Assembly (NCBI GenBank): GCA_021772655.1
Contig: JAJFLM010000202.1
Span: 1-43,886 of the forward strand
From: Deltaproteobacteria bacterium
Lineage (GTDB): Bacteria > UBA10199 > 2-02-FULL-50-16 > JAJFLM01
Direction: 5' to 3'
Length of the DNA stretch: 43,886 nt
Shown: in pieces, positions 10,068 to 20,142 of the stretch
How the letters are laid out: every line of letters begins with the position of its first letter
Position numbering within the stretch: the first letter of the stretch is position 1
Made by a program: the position numbers and the translations under genes
The notes under the pieces: generated by a model
Told to the model about the DNA's origin: nothing
Database searches by the model: none
What the model saw: only the letters and a program-made list of their open reading frames with translations

Positions 10068-10355
10068 ATGGAGAGCTCGTCAGCCGTGAAGACAAATATG
10101 TCATGCATTTTTCGAGTCGATTCTGAGTATAAGCAGCTCGTCAACATCAGCTACCAAGCTTTTTTAGACCTCGCCCAAAAACTGAGTCCTGAAAGCTCAA
10201 ACCCCGTACCACAACATTTAACAGATCACCCCAAAATTGCCCAGCTACAAGATCTCTATTATTTATTGAAAACGGGTGCCCTACAGATTTGCGAAGAAAA
10301 AACTCAAAGCGGCATCAACCAACTCATTCTCACTATCAAAAGCCAAGCTTCATAA
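10068..10355 (+). CDS. Small hypothetical protein, divergent from the HTH gene
   Basis: Fills an otherwise empty gap with a plausible composition; no recognisable motif; start uncertain (10059, 10068 or 10098). Confidence 0.55.
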   Translation: MESSSAVKTNMSCIFRVDSEYKQLVNISYQAFLDLAQKLSPESSNPVPQHLTDHPKIAQLQDLYYLLKTGALQICEEKTQSGINQLILTIKSQAS

Positions 10356-10440
10356 ACCCAACACAAACCTTTGAACTCAGCGCACCAGAGCTAAGCTCTG
10401 GAAATAACTCTACTTTTATTAGTAACTTACTGATTACTTT

Positions 10441-10460
10441 TTATTCACAGCTTATCCACT
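10441..10460 (+). promoter_or_regulatory. Two DnaA-box-like 9-mers upstream of smc
   Basis: TTATTCACA (10441-10449) fits TTWTNCACA; TTATCCACT (10452-10460) has one mismatch. Confidence 0.55.
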
Positions 10461-10503
10461 ATATCTTGTAGGTGGGTGGGTAAAGCCCCACCATATCTAG
10501 GGA
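10456..10503. promoter_or_regulatory. Tandem NrdR-box-like sites upstream of smc
   Basis: CCACTATATCTTGTAG (10456-10471) and CCACCATATCTAGGGA (10488-10503) match acaCwAtATaTwGtgt and start 32 bp apart. Confidence 0.65.
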
Positions 10504-10580
10504 TTTCACCCTTTACAGGCTGAGGAAGGCCATGCTAGCGTGCATGCAGACTTCACTTTTTAAAAACTAACTAGGGCATT

Positions 10581-13500
10581 ATGCGGATCAAAAAAATCGA
10601 AATGCAGGGCTTCAAGTCCTTCGTTGACCCCACATCCATAGATTTTGATCTCCCTATCGTCGGAATTGTCGGCCCTAACGGTTGCGGTAAGTCTAATGTG
10701 GTGGATGCCATCCGTTGGGTCATGGGTGAGCAATCTGCCAAACATCTTCGCGGCAAGGCCATGGAAGATATTATTTTTAATGGATCTTCCAATCGAGCCC
10801 CGCTCGGCATGGCCAGCGTTTCACTGACCTTTTCCACTGAAGACGGCATCGTCCCTCCCGAATACAGTCAATTTTCTGAAGTCACTGTCACCCGCAAACT
10901 CTTTCGTTCCGGTGACAGTGAGTACTCTATTAATAAAGTACCTTGCCGTCTGCGTGATATTTTAGATTTATTTTTAGGCACCGGTGCTGGCACCAAGGCT
11001 TATTCTATTATCGCTCAAGGCCAAGTGGATTTTGCCATCAATGCCAAACCTGAAGACCGCCGTCGCCTCATTGAAGAAGCCGCCGGTATCTCTAAGTTTA
11101 AATCACGTCGTGATGCTGCCTTAAGGCGCATGGAATCGACTCAAAATAATTTACTCCGGCTTGGCGACATTATTGCTGAAATCCGCCGGCAAATTCGTTC
11201 TCTGGAACGTCAGGTGAAAAAAGCCGAACGCTATCATCAATATCGCGATGAACTGCGCGGCCTGGAATTGTACTTATCCGCTCTACAGTTTCAACAAAAG
11301 AATCAAAATCGTAGTGCTGTGACCCAAGAACTCAATCAATGGACTGAAAAAGAAGCCGCGGCACAGGGGGCCCTCTCTCAATTAGAACTTGATCTCGATA
11401 AACAGCGTTTAGAGCTCACTGAAAAAGAGGCTGAGCTTTCACGCTATCAAGAACAAAATTTTGAACTCAGTAATAAACTGCAACTTGCCCGGACCCAGAA
11501 GCAATATAAAGCACAAGAAATTCAATCGATCAAAGAACAAACAGAAAAGTGGCAGGAAGAACTTGAGTCAGGTCGCAGTCAATTGACCGAAGTTGAAGAA
11601 GCCTTATTAAGCAAACAAGAAAATTCTGGATCCATTGAAGAGATGACCCAGCAAGCCCGTGCCGCCTTAGACGCTGCACAAGAAATCTGGGAACAAAGCC
11701 AACATACCCGGCATGAAAAAGCCGTTTCTTTAGAAGGCTGTCGTGATAGCATCGGTAAACTAAGCCAAGAGCTCGCTACCTTAAAAAGTCGTTTGCAGGC
11801 CACAGAACAACAATTGCCTGATTTAGAAAATCGCTTAGCACGCAATCGTGATGAACACACTGAACTTCAATCACAATGCACAGAACGCAAAGCTGCCGTA
11901 CTCGCTACAGAAAAATCTTTACAAGAGCTCTTAGAACAAGTGCGCACTTTAGAAAAAAGTCGCCAAGACATGAAGCAACAGTTAGAAGATGGCTCGCGCA
12001 CCCGTGAAGACCGTCAACGTGACTTGACCAGCTTACAAGAAGAGCTGGTCAATAAGCGTTCACGCCTGCGTTCTTTAGTCGAATTAGAAAAAAGCCTTGC
12101 CGGCTTTGGTGAAGGCGTCCAAAAAATTCTTAAAGGCCCCAAACGGGATGGCGTATTTGGGGTGGTGGCCGATGGCATTTCCACAGAGCCGCAATATGAA
12201 TCTGCCTTAGTCGCGGCTTTAGGAGAAAGACTACAGTACATTGTGGTTGAAAGCCATGAACGCAGCATTGAAGCGGTCGACTTCCTCAAAAAAGAGGCTG
12301 GTGGTCGTTCTAGCTTTCTTCCTAAAAATGTCCGGGCACGTCCCTCAGAAGTATTTCCCGCAGAAACCGAGGGTGTGATTGGGCCTTTACTCAGCAAAGT
12401 CACTATTAAGCCTGATCTAGAAAATATTGCCCATTATCTCTTTAACGATGTGCTCTTAGTTGACTCTTTGGACACCGCACGAGCTTTATGGGAAAGTGGG
12501 CGCACTCAGTTACGTTTCGTAACTCTGGATGGAGATGTCATGGATCCTTCCGGTGTGATTTCCGGCGGCCATGCCAAACAAGATTCTAATAACATCCTGG
12601 CAAAACGTCGCGAAATTGACAGCTTGCGCCGTGAAGTCGTTCGCTTAGAACAAGAAATTGGTTTGAAAGACGATGCGGTTAGTCAATTAGAGGGGACGCT
12701 CTCAGGAGTGGATCTAGAACTACGGGCCTTGGATCAAGAATGGCAAACCCTTCAAGTCAATAAAGCTTCCTTAGAAAAAGAGCTCTCTCACCAACAAGCC
12801 AATGAACAACGCCTACAAGATCAACTCGCGGCTTTGCAAGAGCGCATTGACGACCTCGAACAAAATATTCAGACGAACAAACAAACCCGTGAAGAAATCC
12901 AAAATTTACAGACTCAGGCGAGCACACGTCAAAGTGATGAAGAAAACCAACTGAGCCTTTGGCAAACGGGCTTGCAAAGCGCTGAGGAAACTTTAGCCAA
13001 ACACTATGAGGCCTTTACAGAATCCAAAATCAAAATGGCTTCCGTCGAAGAACGTGAGGCTAGCTTTAGAGCCGAGCTCAATCGTTTACAGACCATGAAA
13101 GCGGATCTGATCAAACGCATTGATTCTCGTACGAGTGAAATCAAACAAGCAAGCGACAAAATCACACAGCTGCAAGAAGAAGTTGTTGCCCTGGGTGAAT
13201 CGATTGCACACACTCAGGTACAAAGTGATGAGCTGAAAAAACAGCAGGCTGAATCTCAAGAAAATTTTAATCGCAAGCGAACTCAAATGCAGGAACAAGA
13301 GATTCAATCACGGCAAACCCGCCAGAATTTAGATGATGCCCGTGGACAAACCTCTGAATTAAAAATTTCTTTAACCCGCTTAGATGGTGAACTTAATTAT
13401 CTGACCGGCCATATCTCAGAGAAGTATATGATTAATTTGAGCGAAGTGGTTCAAGAATGGGCCGAAAAAGTTCCGGAATGTGACGATCCTACTGCCCGAG

Positions 13501-14156
13501 CCCAAGAGCTTCGTGAAAAAATTGAAAAAATTGGCCCTGTTAATATGGAAGCCATTCCTGAGTTTGAAGAACTCAAAGAACGTGAAGTTTTCTTATCCTC
13601 ACAATATGAAGATTTAGAAAACTCTATTACCAATCTTGAAAAAGTGATCACTAAAATCAACCAAACCACCAAAGAGCGGTTTGACGATACTTTCAAGCAA
13701 GTTCAAGAAAAATTTTCTCAAGTCTTTCCACGTCTGTTTAAAGGCGGAAAAGCTGAGTTAAAATTAGAAGATGAGCATGACCTGCTCAACACAGGGGTTC
13801 AACTCTTCGTCCAACCACCAGGTAAACGTCCTTCGCATATCTCATTGTTATCAGGTGGTGAAAAAGCCCTCTCGGCGGTGGCCTTTATCTTCTCGATCTT
13901 CTTAGTGAAGCCTTCGCCCTTCTGTATTCTTGATGAGGTGGATGCACCTTTGGACGATGCTAATACGGCACGCTTCCATCAGTTGATTTCTGACATGACC
14001 CACCGGACACAATTCATCTTGATCACCCATAACAAGATGACGATGGATCTGTGTAATGGTCTCTTTGGGGTCACAATGCAAGAGCCTGGCTGTTCTAAGG
14101 TTGTGTCGGTTAATCTCGATAAAATTGAAGCGCTGCCCCAAGCGGCCTCAGCTTAA
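10581..14156 (+). CDS. smc: Chromosome segregation protein SMC
   Basis: Walker A GPNGCGKSN, long coiled coils, hinge (VTLDGD..PSGVISGG), LSGGEK signature, Walker B ILDEVDAPLD; 1191 aa. Confidence 0.98.
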   Translation: MRIKKIEMQGFKSFVDPTSIDFDLPIVGIVGPNGCGKSNVVDAIRWVMGEQSAKHLRGKAMEDIIFNGSSNRAPLGMASVSLTFSTEDGIVPPEYSQFSEVTVTRKLFRSGDSEYSINKVPCRLRDILDLFLGTGAGTKAYSIIAQGQVDFAINAKPEDRRRLIEEAAGISKFKSRRDAALRRMESTQNNLLRLGDIIAEIRRQIRSLERQVKKAERYHQYRDELRGLELYLSALQFQQKNQNRSAVTQELNQWTEKEAAAQGALSQLELDLDKQRLELTEKEAELSRYQEQNFELSNKLQLARTQKQYKAQEIQSIKEQTEKWQEELESGRSQLTEVEEALLSKQENSGSIEEMTQQARAALDAAQEIWEQSQHTRHEKAVSLEGCRDSIGKLSQELATLKSRLQATEQQLPDLENRLARNRDEHTELQSQCTERKAAVLATEKSLQELLEQVRTLEKSRQDMKQQLEDGSRTREDRQRDLTSLQEELVNKRSRLRSLVELEKSLAGFGEGVQKILKGPKRDGVFGVVADGISTEPQYESALVAALGERLQYIVVESHERSIEAVDFLKKEAGGRSSFLPKNVRARPSEVFPAETEGVIGPLLSKVTIKPDLENIAHYLFNDVLLVDSLDTARALWESGRTQLRFVTLDGDVMDPSGVISGGHAKQDSNNILAKRREIDSLRREVVRLEQEIGLKDDAVSQLEGTLSGVDLELRALDQEWQTLQVNKASLEKELSHQQANEQRLQDQLAALQERIDDLEQNIQTNKQTREEIQNLQTQASTRQSDEENQLSLWQTGLQSAEETLAKHYEAFTESKIKMASVEEREASFRAELNRLQTMKADLIKRIDSRTSEIKQASDKITQLQEEVVALGESIAHTQVQSDELKKQQAESQENFNRKRTQMQEQEIQSRQTRQNLDDARGQTSELKISLTRLDGELNYLTGHISEKYMINLSEVVQEWAEKVPECDDPTARAQELREKIEKIGPVNMEAIPEFEELKEREVFLSSQYEDLENSITNLEKVITKINQTTKERFDDTFKQVQEKFSQVFPRLFKGGKAELKLEDEHDLLNTGVQLFVQPPGKRPSHISLLSGGEKALSAVAFIFSIFLVKPSPFCILDEVDAPLDDANTARFHQLISDMTHRTQFILITHNKMTMDLCNGLFGVTMQEPGCSKVVSVNLDKIEALPQAASA

Positions 14157-14157
14157 A

Positions 14158-14763
14158 TTATTTCAATAAAGTGGTCGTTATGCCCCAAGAACCTTGAAAC
14201 ACTTGGCTCGATAAATCTTTGCGGGTTCGTGGTGCTAATTCGCGCTCTTGGAGTACGTCACTCAATGATTCAGGTGCCGCACAATAACCCACAGCCATGA
14301 CGGCCATCGGTTCACAACCCTCTGGAATATTAAGCGTTGTCCGTGCTTGTTCCGCATTAAAGCCAGCCATTTGATGTACATGTAAGCCCAAGCATGTGGC
14401 CTCTGTCACCAGGTTAGCCACAGCCATACCTGTATCATATTGCGCATGCCGATTCGGTTTTTGGTTACGCGAAAATTGAGTCTGTGCCACGGCCAGAATT
14501 AAAAGGGGAGCCGTTTGAGCCCAGGCTTGATTGGGCTCTACCAAACAATCAAATAGGGCCTGATAGTCCTCCCCCTGTTCCCGCGTCGCGATAAAAAAGG
14601 TCCAAGGCTGTTCATTAAAACAAGAGGCCTGCCACCGCGCAGCTTCAAATAAACTCATAATTTTTTCAGCCGTGACGGGCTGATCTGTAAACGCCCGTGG
14701 ACTCCAACGCTCGCTTAATAATTCATGGATCGAGGCTTGAACCCCTTCTCTTTGCTGACTCAT
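14158..14763 (-). CDS. Nitroreductase family protein
   Basis: RWSPRAF, LFEAARWQASCFNEQPW, YDTG, HQMAGF. Confidence 0.92.
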   Translation of the reverse strand: MSQQREGVQASIHELLSERWSPRAFTDQPVTAEKIMSLFEAARWQASCFNEQPWTFFIATREQGEDYQALFDCLVEPNQAWAQTAPLLILAVAQTQFSRNQKPNRHAQYDTGMAVANLVTEATCLGLHVHQMAGFNAEQARTTLNIPEGCEPMAVMAVGYCAAPESLSDVLQERELAPRTRKDLSSQVFQGSWGITTTLLK

Positions 14764-14784
14764 AACATCCCTTATATTTAGTAA

Positions 14785-15261
14785 CTAGCTTAACAGCTTA
14801 TTTATTTTCTTGAGTTGGCGTGTAATATATTTTTCATCCAACAAGTCTCCAAATAGTTCACGAAGTTCTTCAATATCGCGACGATCTATAGAACGATTGG
14901 CTAGAGTTTTTAACACAATGATATCTTCAGGAGTCGCGATTCTCACAAAGTCTTCGCCCAAAGGCTTTTCGACAGCACGCATCACGACATCAGCACCCAC
15001 GTAATGGTCAGCCAAAAGTAAATCAATCGGAACCTGTTGTACTTTTGTTTTCAGCTGATGCTCTCCAGCTGTTCTAACTTCAAAACCCTGATCAGAAAAT
15101 AATTTATAGATACTCTTTAAATCATTCACTAAAATATAAAAATCAATATCAACCGTATTGGCGCGACCATTATGCAGCATCATCGCAAGACCACCTATCA
15201 GACAATAGTCAATGTTGTGCCTTTTAAACAACGAAATGATTTGTTTTAGCGCTTCAAGCAT
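14785..15261 (-). CDS. Nucleotidyltransferase-fold protein (AbiEii/DUF6036-like), putative toxin
   Basis: IGGLAM...TVDIDF (GG plus DxD motif), ATPEDIIVLK, RSIDRRDI; overlaps the stop of the upstream HTH gene. Confidence 0.8.
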   Translation of the reverse strand: MLEALKQIISLFKRHNIDYCLIGGLAMMLHNGRANTVDIDFYILVNDLKSIYKLFSDQGFEVRTAGEHQLKTKVQQVPIDLLLADHYVGADVVMRAVEKPLGEDFVRIATPEDIIVLKTLANRSIDRRDIEELRELFGDLLDEKYITRQLKKINKLLS

Positions 15262-15643
15262 AACGCTCTCTTAATCGATCCGACAGTTTTTGCGTTGTAA
15301 CAATTGTACCGCGTACGGCCAGAAGCTCATAGATACCAATCACATCGATACGTCGTTCTTCTGGAATATCAGGAAGGAACGTCGGCGTTTTTGTCGGATC
15401 CATACTTTTATAAATCATCCGGATAATTTCGTCGTAATAACGATAGTGAGGATTTAAGGCATAAAAGGAAGGCTGTCCCATTTTTAGAATAATCGCTTCA
15501 TCAGTCAGCTGGCGCAGGGCTTTAAAGATAGGAGTCGGGCTAGCGTTTAGTTGTCTTGCTAAAGACCGCCCAGTGCTAGCACCGCGTAATCCCAAGTAGC
15601 AAAGAAGATCGACCTTGGTTTGGCTACCAAAAATTTCCTTCAT
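15254..15643 (-). CDS. Winged-helix DNA-binding protein, putative antitoxin or autoregulator
   Basis: IFGSQTKVDLL, TGRSLARQLNASPTPIFKALRQL, YALNP. ATG at 15643 preferred because the 15667 ATG lies inside the operator palindrome. Confidence 0.75.
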   Translation of the reverse strand: MKEIFGSQTKVDLLCYLGLRGASTGRSLARQLNASPTPIFKALRQLTDEAIILKMGQPSFYALNPHYRYYDEIIRMIYKSMDPTKTPTFLPDIPEERRIDVIGIYELLAVRGTIVTTQKLSDRLRERYA

Positions 15644-15644
15644 T

Positions 15645-15667
15645 ATGTACCTATAAAATAGGTACAT
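15645..15667. promoter_or_regulatory. Perfect 23-bp palindromic operator over the promoter of the HTH-NTase pair
   Basis: ATGTACCTAT-AAA-ATAGGTACAT; on the minus strand TTGACT (15678-15673) lies 17 bp from TATAGG inside the palindrome. Confidence 0.75.
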
Positions 15668-15773
15668 TTATTAGTCAAGCCCAACAAATGCGCTCTATGT
15701 AGAACCCTTAAAATATTCAATAATTACAATATATTGCAGAAAATGCGCCTCTTATTAGTCTAACTCTCGAGGT

Positions 15774-18611
15774 TTAGGCCCGTTTTTTCTTTTTTGCTGC
15801 TGGCAGCAACTCTTGTAGATATCTTCCGGTAAAAGATTTCACATTCTGCGCCGCCTCTTCGGGTGTGCCTTCGACGACGATGTTCCCACCGCCACTTCCC
15901 CCTTCGGGGCCTAAATCGATAATCCAATCGGCTGTCTTAATCACATCTAAATTATGTTCAATGACAATCACCGTATTACCCGCATCAACCAAGCGATTCA
16001 GCACTTCCAGTAGTTTATTGATATCTTCAAAATGCAGGCCGGTGGTGGGTTCATCTAAAATATAAAGTGTTTTACCCGTTGAACGCTTAGAGAGTTCTTT
16101 AGAAAGTTTAATCCTCTGGGCTTCACCACCCGACAAGGTTGTGGCCGCCTGACCTAATTCGACATAACCTAAACCCACATCCATTAAGGTATCTAAACGA
16201 CTTTTAATGGTGGGGATATTCTCAAAGAAGCCGCTTGCTTCCTCAATGGTCATCTCTAAGACATCAGCAATGTTTTTGCCCTTGTATTGAATTTCTAAAG
16301 TCTCACGATTGAAGCGCTTGCCCCGACAAACTTCACATTCCACATAGACGTCTGGAAGAAAGTGCATTTCAATTTTCAGGATTCCATCACCTTCACAGGC
16401 TTCACAACGCCCCCCTTTTACATTAAAGGAAAAACGTCCTGGCTTATAACCACGAATCTTGGCTTCATTCAGACTCGCAAATAAATCACGAATCGGAGTA
16501 AACACTTGAGTATACGTCGCTGGATTAGAGCGCGGCGTCCGTCCAATCGGCGACTGATCAATATCAATAACCTTATCAATATGTTCTAAACCGATAAGTT
16601 CATCATGAGCACCTCCGGGGTTACGTGCCCCATTTAATTTATGAGCAATCGCTCTATAGAGCGTGTCATTGATTAAAGTACTTTTCCCCGAACCCGAAAC
16701 ACCTGTAACACAAGTAAACACACCCAAAGGAAACGACACACTAACCTTGTTGAGATTATTTTCGGTACAATGAGTGAGTGTTAAACTATTGCCATTGCCA
16801 GTCCGTCTGACTTTAGGGACCGCAATAGACTTTTTTCCTGAAAGATATTTTCCGGTCACTGACTTAGGATTCTTCATAACTTCTTGAGGCGTTCCACAAG
16901 CTACTACCTCACCCCCATGCACACCCGCGCCAGGACCCATATCAATGAGATAATCGGCTTCTTTCATAGTATTTTCATCGTGCTCTACGACTAATACTGT
17001 ATTCCCTAAATCACGAAGTCGATTCAGCGTTTCAATCAAGCGGTCATTATCACGTTGGTGTAAGCCAATAGAAGGTTCATCGAGGATATACAACACACCC
17101 ACCAAACTTGAACCAATCTGCGTAGCTAAACGGATCCGCTGAGCTTCACCACCAGAAAGAGAACCTGCACGGCGATCCAAGGTTAAATAGCCTAAACCCA
17201 CATTATTCATGAAACCTAAGCGCTCACGAATCTCTTTGAGGATACGTTCCGCAATCTTCTCATCTTTTTTATTGAGTTTTAATTTACCAAACCACTCGAC
17301 CGCTTGCTCAATAGAAAAACCGGCCGCATTATCGATATTTTTACTATCAATTTTGATAGCTAAGGCTTCTGGACGTAAGCGCGCTCCTTTACAGGTCGGG
17401 CATTTCTGCACAGTCATATATTTTTCTAATTCTTCGCGGATAGAATCACTGTCGGTTTCTTTGTAGCGACGATCCAGATTGGGGATAACGCCTTCGAAAC
17501 GCTCAGAATAGTTAGATACCTCGTCACCCATATCAAAAAAGAAATCGACTTTATCTTTACCCCCATAAATAACGAGCTTTTGAACTTTTTTAGGTAAGTC
17601 TTTAAAGGGCGTATAGACATCAAATTTATAATGCTTGGATAAACTCTCGAGCTGATTCCAATAATAATCTTCATAACGACCGGTCCACGGCACAATCGCC
17701 CCGTCACGCAGACTTAAATCAGGGTTGGGCACGACTTGCGCTTCATCAAAAAATTGTTTGATGCCCAGTCCGTTACAATCGGCACAGGCACCTTGTGGAT
17801 TATTAAACGAAAACATTTGCGGACCAATATCCGGATAACTCACACCACAATCAATACAGGCAAATTTTTCTGAAAAGGTCATGCTCTCGCCACCCAACAG
17901 CTCAATGGTCACAAGTCCTTCCGCATGACGTAAGGCTGTTTCAATGGAATCGGCTAAGCGCCCCTCAATACCCTCTTTTAAAATCAATCGATCTACAAAA
18001 AGGTCGATGTCGTGTTTCTTCTTTTTATCGATAACAATTTTATCAGCGAGGTCATAAGTATCACCATCCACGCGCACACGCACAAAGCCTTGCTTGGCAA
18101 AATTCTGCAGTTCTTTAGTATATTCACCTTTTCGGCTCCGCACCACCGGCGCCAACACATGCATCTTACTACCCGATTTTAATTTCATAATCTGATCGAC
18201 CATCTGACTGATGGTCTGCGCAGCAATCGGCTTATGACACTCATAACAAAAGGGCTTGCCGACCCGAGCAAAGAGCAAGCGAAAATAGTCATAGAGCTCA
18301 GTGACCGTTCCCACTGTGGATCGCGGATTATTACTAGTCTTCTTCTGCTCAATGGAGATAGCCGGTGATAGCCCCTCAATAGTATCCACATCGGGCTTAC
18401 CCATCTGCTCCAAAAATTGCCGAGCATAGGCTGATAATGACTCTACATAGCGGCGCTGCCCTTCGGCATAGAGCGTATCAAAGGCCAAAGAGGATTTCCC
18501 GGAGCCTGACAAACCCGTAATAACCGTCAGGCTATTGCGCGGAATCGAAACATTAACATTCTTCAGATTGTGTTGCCGGGCGCCCCGGACGATGATTTTT
18601 TGAGGTTCCAT
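15774..18611 (-). CDS. uvrA: Excinuclease ABC subunit A
   Basis: GARQHNLKN, two Walker A motifs ([18 protein letters not shown]), two LSGGEAQRI signatures, CxxC zinc fingers. Confidence 0.99.
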   Translation of the reverse strand: MEPQKIIVRGARQHNLKNVNVSIPRNSLTVITGLSGSGKSSLAFDTLYAEGQRRYVESLSAYARQFLEQMGKPDVDTIEGLSPAISIEQKKTSNNPRSTVGTVTELYDYFRLLFARVGKPFCYECHKPIAAQTISQMVDQIMKLKSGSKMHVLAPVVRSRKGEYTKELQNFAKQGFVRVRVDGDTYDLADKIVIDKKKKHDIDLFVDRLILKEGIEGRLADSIETALRHAEGLVTIELLGGESMTFSEKFACIDCGVSYPDIGPQMFSFNNPQGACADCNGLGIKQFFDEAQVVPNPDLSLRDGAIVPWTGRYEDYYWNQLESLSKHYKFDVYTPFKDLPKKVQKLVIYGGKDKVDFFFDMGDEVSNYSERFEGVIPNLDRRYKETDSDSIREELEKYMTVQKCPTCKGARLRPEALAIKIDSKNIDNAAGFSIEQAVEWFGKLKLNKKDEKIAERILKEIRERLGFMNNVGLGYLTLDRRAGSLSGGEAQRIRLATQIGSSLVGVLYILDEPSIGLHQRDNDRLIETLNRLRDLGNTVLVVEHDENTMKEADYLIDMGPGAGVHGGEVVACGTPQEVMKNPKSVTGKYLSGKKSIAVPKVRRTGNGNSLTLTHCTENNLNKVSVSFPLGVFTCVTGVSGSGKSTLINDTLYRAIAHKLNGARNPGGAHDELIGLEHIDKVIDIDQSPIGRTPRSNPATYTQVFTPIRDLFASLNEAKIRGYKPGRFSFNVKGGRCEACEGDGILKIEMHFLPDVYVECEVCRGKRFNRETLEIQYKGKNIADVLEMTIEEASGFFENIPTIKSRLDTLMDVGLGYVELGQAATTLSGGEAQRIKLSKELSKRSTGKTLYILDEPTTGLHFEDINKLLEVLNRLVDAGNTVIVIEHNLDVIKTADWIIDLGPEGGSGGGNIVVEGTPEEAAQNVKSFTGRYLQELLPAAKKKKRA

Positions 18612-18623
18612 AGTGAACTCGCG

Positions 18624-18652
18624 AGCTTAGTCGGTCTTAAGAATAGACGCAA
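18624..18652 (-). promoter_or_regulatory. Sigma70-like promoter of uvrA
   Basis: TTGCGT-17 bp-TAAGCT, 12 nt before the ATG. Confidence 0.55.
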
Positions 18653-18678
18653 TACTAAAGCTATCTCCTTAAGGGGCG

Positions 18679-18705
18679 TTTTCGCAGTTTAAGGGAAAAG
18701 GTTGC
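18679..18705 (-). promoter_or_regulatory. Additional copy of the GCAAC-N14-nnCGA motif, upstream of uvrA
   Basis: GCAACCTTTTCCCTTAAAC-TGCGAAAA, same spacing as the five copies at 29.5-40.7 kb. Confidence 0.4.
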
Positions 18706-18768
18706 GGGAATCCGTTAGAAAGCTTGATTCACCGCAAATACCCTCAAAACCAGAGTTCTACGATAACA

Positions 18769-19128
18769 CTATAAAATCTTTAGAATTTCTTCAGGGGGGC
18801 GCCCCAAAGCCGCTTTTTTACCATTGATGACGATCGGCCGCTCAATCAATACAGGATGCTCTACCATCAACTTTATCCATTCCTGGCGAGAACGTTCATC
18901 TTGTTTACTGAGATCCAAATCTTTAAAAGTGGCTTCTTTAGTACGCATCACCTCAAGTGGCTCCTTGCCAAGCGCTTGTAAAATAGTATCCAGCTCTTTT
19001 ACTGACGGTGGGGTTTTAAGATACTCAATAATTTTCGGCGTCACACCTTGATCTGCTAACAAAGCCAAAGTCTGCCGGCTTTTACTGCAACGTGGATTAT
19101 GATAAATGCTAATTTGACTCATACTCAC
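18769..19128 (-). CDS. arsC: Arsenate reductase, glutaredoxin-dependent ArsC family
   Basis: IYHNPRCSKSR, LIERPIV, LGRPPE. Confidence 0.9.
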   Translation of the reverse strand: MSMSQISIYHNPRCSKSRQTLALLADQGVTPKIIEYLKTPPSVKELDTILQALGKEPLEVMRTKEATFKDLDLSKQDERSRQEWIKLMVEHPVLIERPIVINGKKAALGRPPEEILKIL

Positions 19129-19145
19129 TCCTTAGATTCAATACT

Positions 19146-20123
19146 TTATAGCCAACCGGCTTCACGGTAGCCTGCTGTGGTCGCTTCAATACAACGCGCC
19201 AGATTATATTTTGGCTGCCAAGCAAAATCGCGTTGCAAGGCAGCGCTCGAACAAGCAAATGCTGGCACGGTCACTTGTTGGTACTGCTTATAATCTAATT
19301 GATTGTGATAACGTAACAACTTAGCGGCCGCGGTGCTCCCCAACATTAAAGCAAAAAAAATAGCCTTTGGAATAGGCACCATAAAAATATGACGTTCCAT
19401 CACGCGACTCAATTCATTCCACATTTGATCCAAATTGGCATTCTCTGGATGCGTTGTGAAATAAATCCGATGCTGTGAACTCGTGTCTCCCAACAAACTA
19501 GCGATTGCGTCTACTAAATCATCGACATAAATATAACTGATAAGCTGATTAAACCCGGTAATTCTAAAACCAAAACCCCGCGCCGCCATCTTAAAAATGG
19601 TTAGCAACGCTGGATCCCCAGGGCCATAAACGGCACCGGGTCTAAAACTAGTGACAGGAAAAGGTGCATAGGTACGTAAATAACGCTCAGCATCCAATTT
19701 TGATTGCCCGTAAGGTTCGTTAGGTTGCTCCTGATCCGTTTCCACATGAGGCCGCGAAGAATCACTCGGTCCATTAGCCGCTAGGGATGAAGCAAAAAGA
19801 AATCTTTTAGGCTGCCAACGCTGACGTTTAAGACACGTTAATAAATTTTGAACCGCCGTAAAATTAATCTCACGATAATCTTCTAAACGATCAGCCGCTA
19901 CTAAACCCGCCAAATGAATCACTTGATCACAAGGTGGCAATAATAATTCGGGGTCTTTAAAAATACTTAAGTCACCCTTAAGCTGATGCAGATTTTCAGT
20001 TGGAAGATCACGCGCTTTTTGAGGGTTGCGTACTAAAGCAATAACTTCATGGCCATCGGCGACTAAACGGTGACATAAATGCGTTCCGATAAAACCAGTA
20101 GCCCCAGTAATGAAGATACGCAT
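19146..20123 (-). CDS. NAD-dependent epimerase/dehydratase (extended SDR)
   Basis: TGATGFIG, IHLAG, FASSLAA, YGQSK (YxxxK), VYGPGD. Confidence 0.92.
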   Translation of the reverse strand: MRIFITGATGFIGTHLCHRLVADGHEVIALVRNPQKARDLPTENLHQLKGDLSIFKDPELLLPPCDQVIHLAGLVAADRLEDYREINFTAVQNLLTCLKRQRWQPKRFLFASSLAANGPSDSSRPHVETDQEQPNEPYGQSKLDAERYLRTYAPFPVTSFRPGAVYGPGDPALLTIFKMAARGFGFRITGFNQLISYIYVDDLVDAIASLLGDTSSQHRIYFTTHPENANLDQMWNELSRVMERHIFMVPIPKAIFFALMLGSTAAAKLLRYHNQLDYKQYQQVTVPAFACSSAALQRDFAWQPKYNLARCIEATTAGYREAGWL

Positions 20124-20142
20124 GACTTACTCTCCAATAAAA

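Noticed and set aside
10441-10460. Replication origin
   Set aside because: Only two DnaA-like boxes, with no dnaA/dnaN/gidA neighbours and no clear unwinding-element repeats; a promoter role is more likely.
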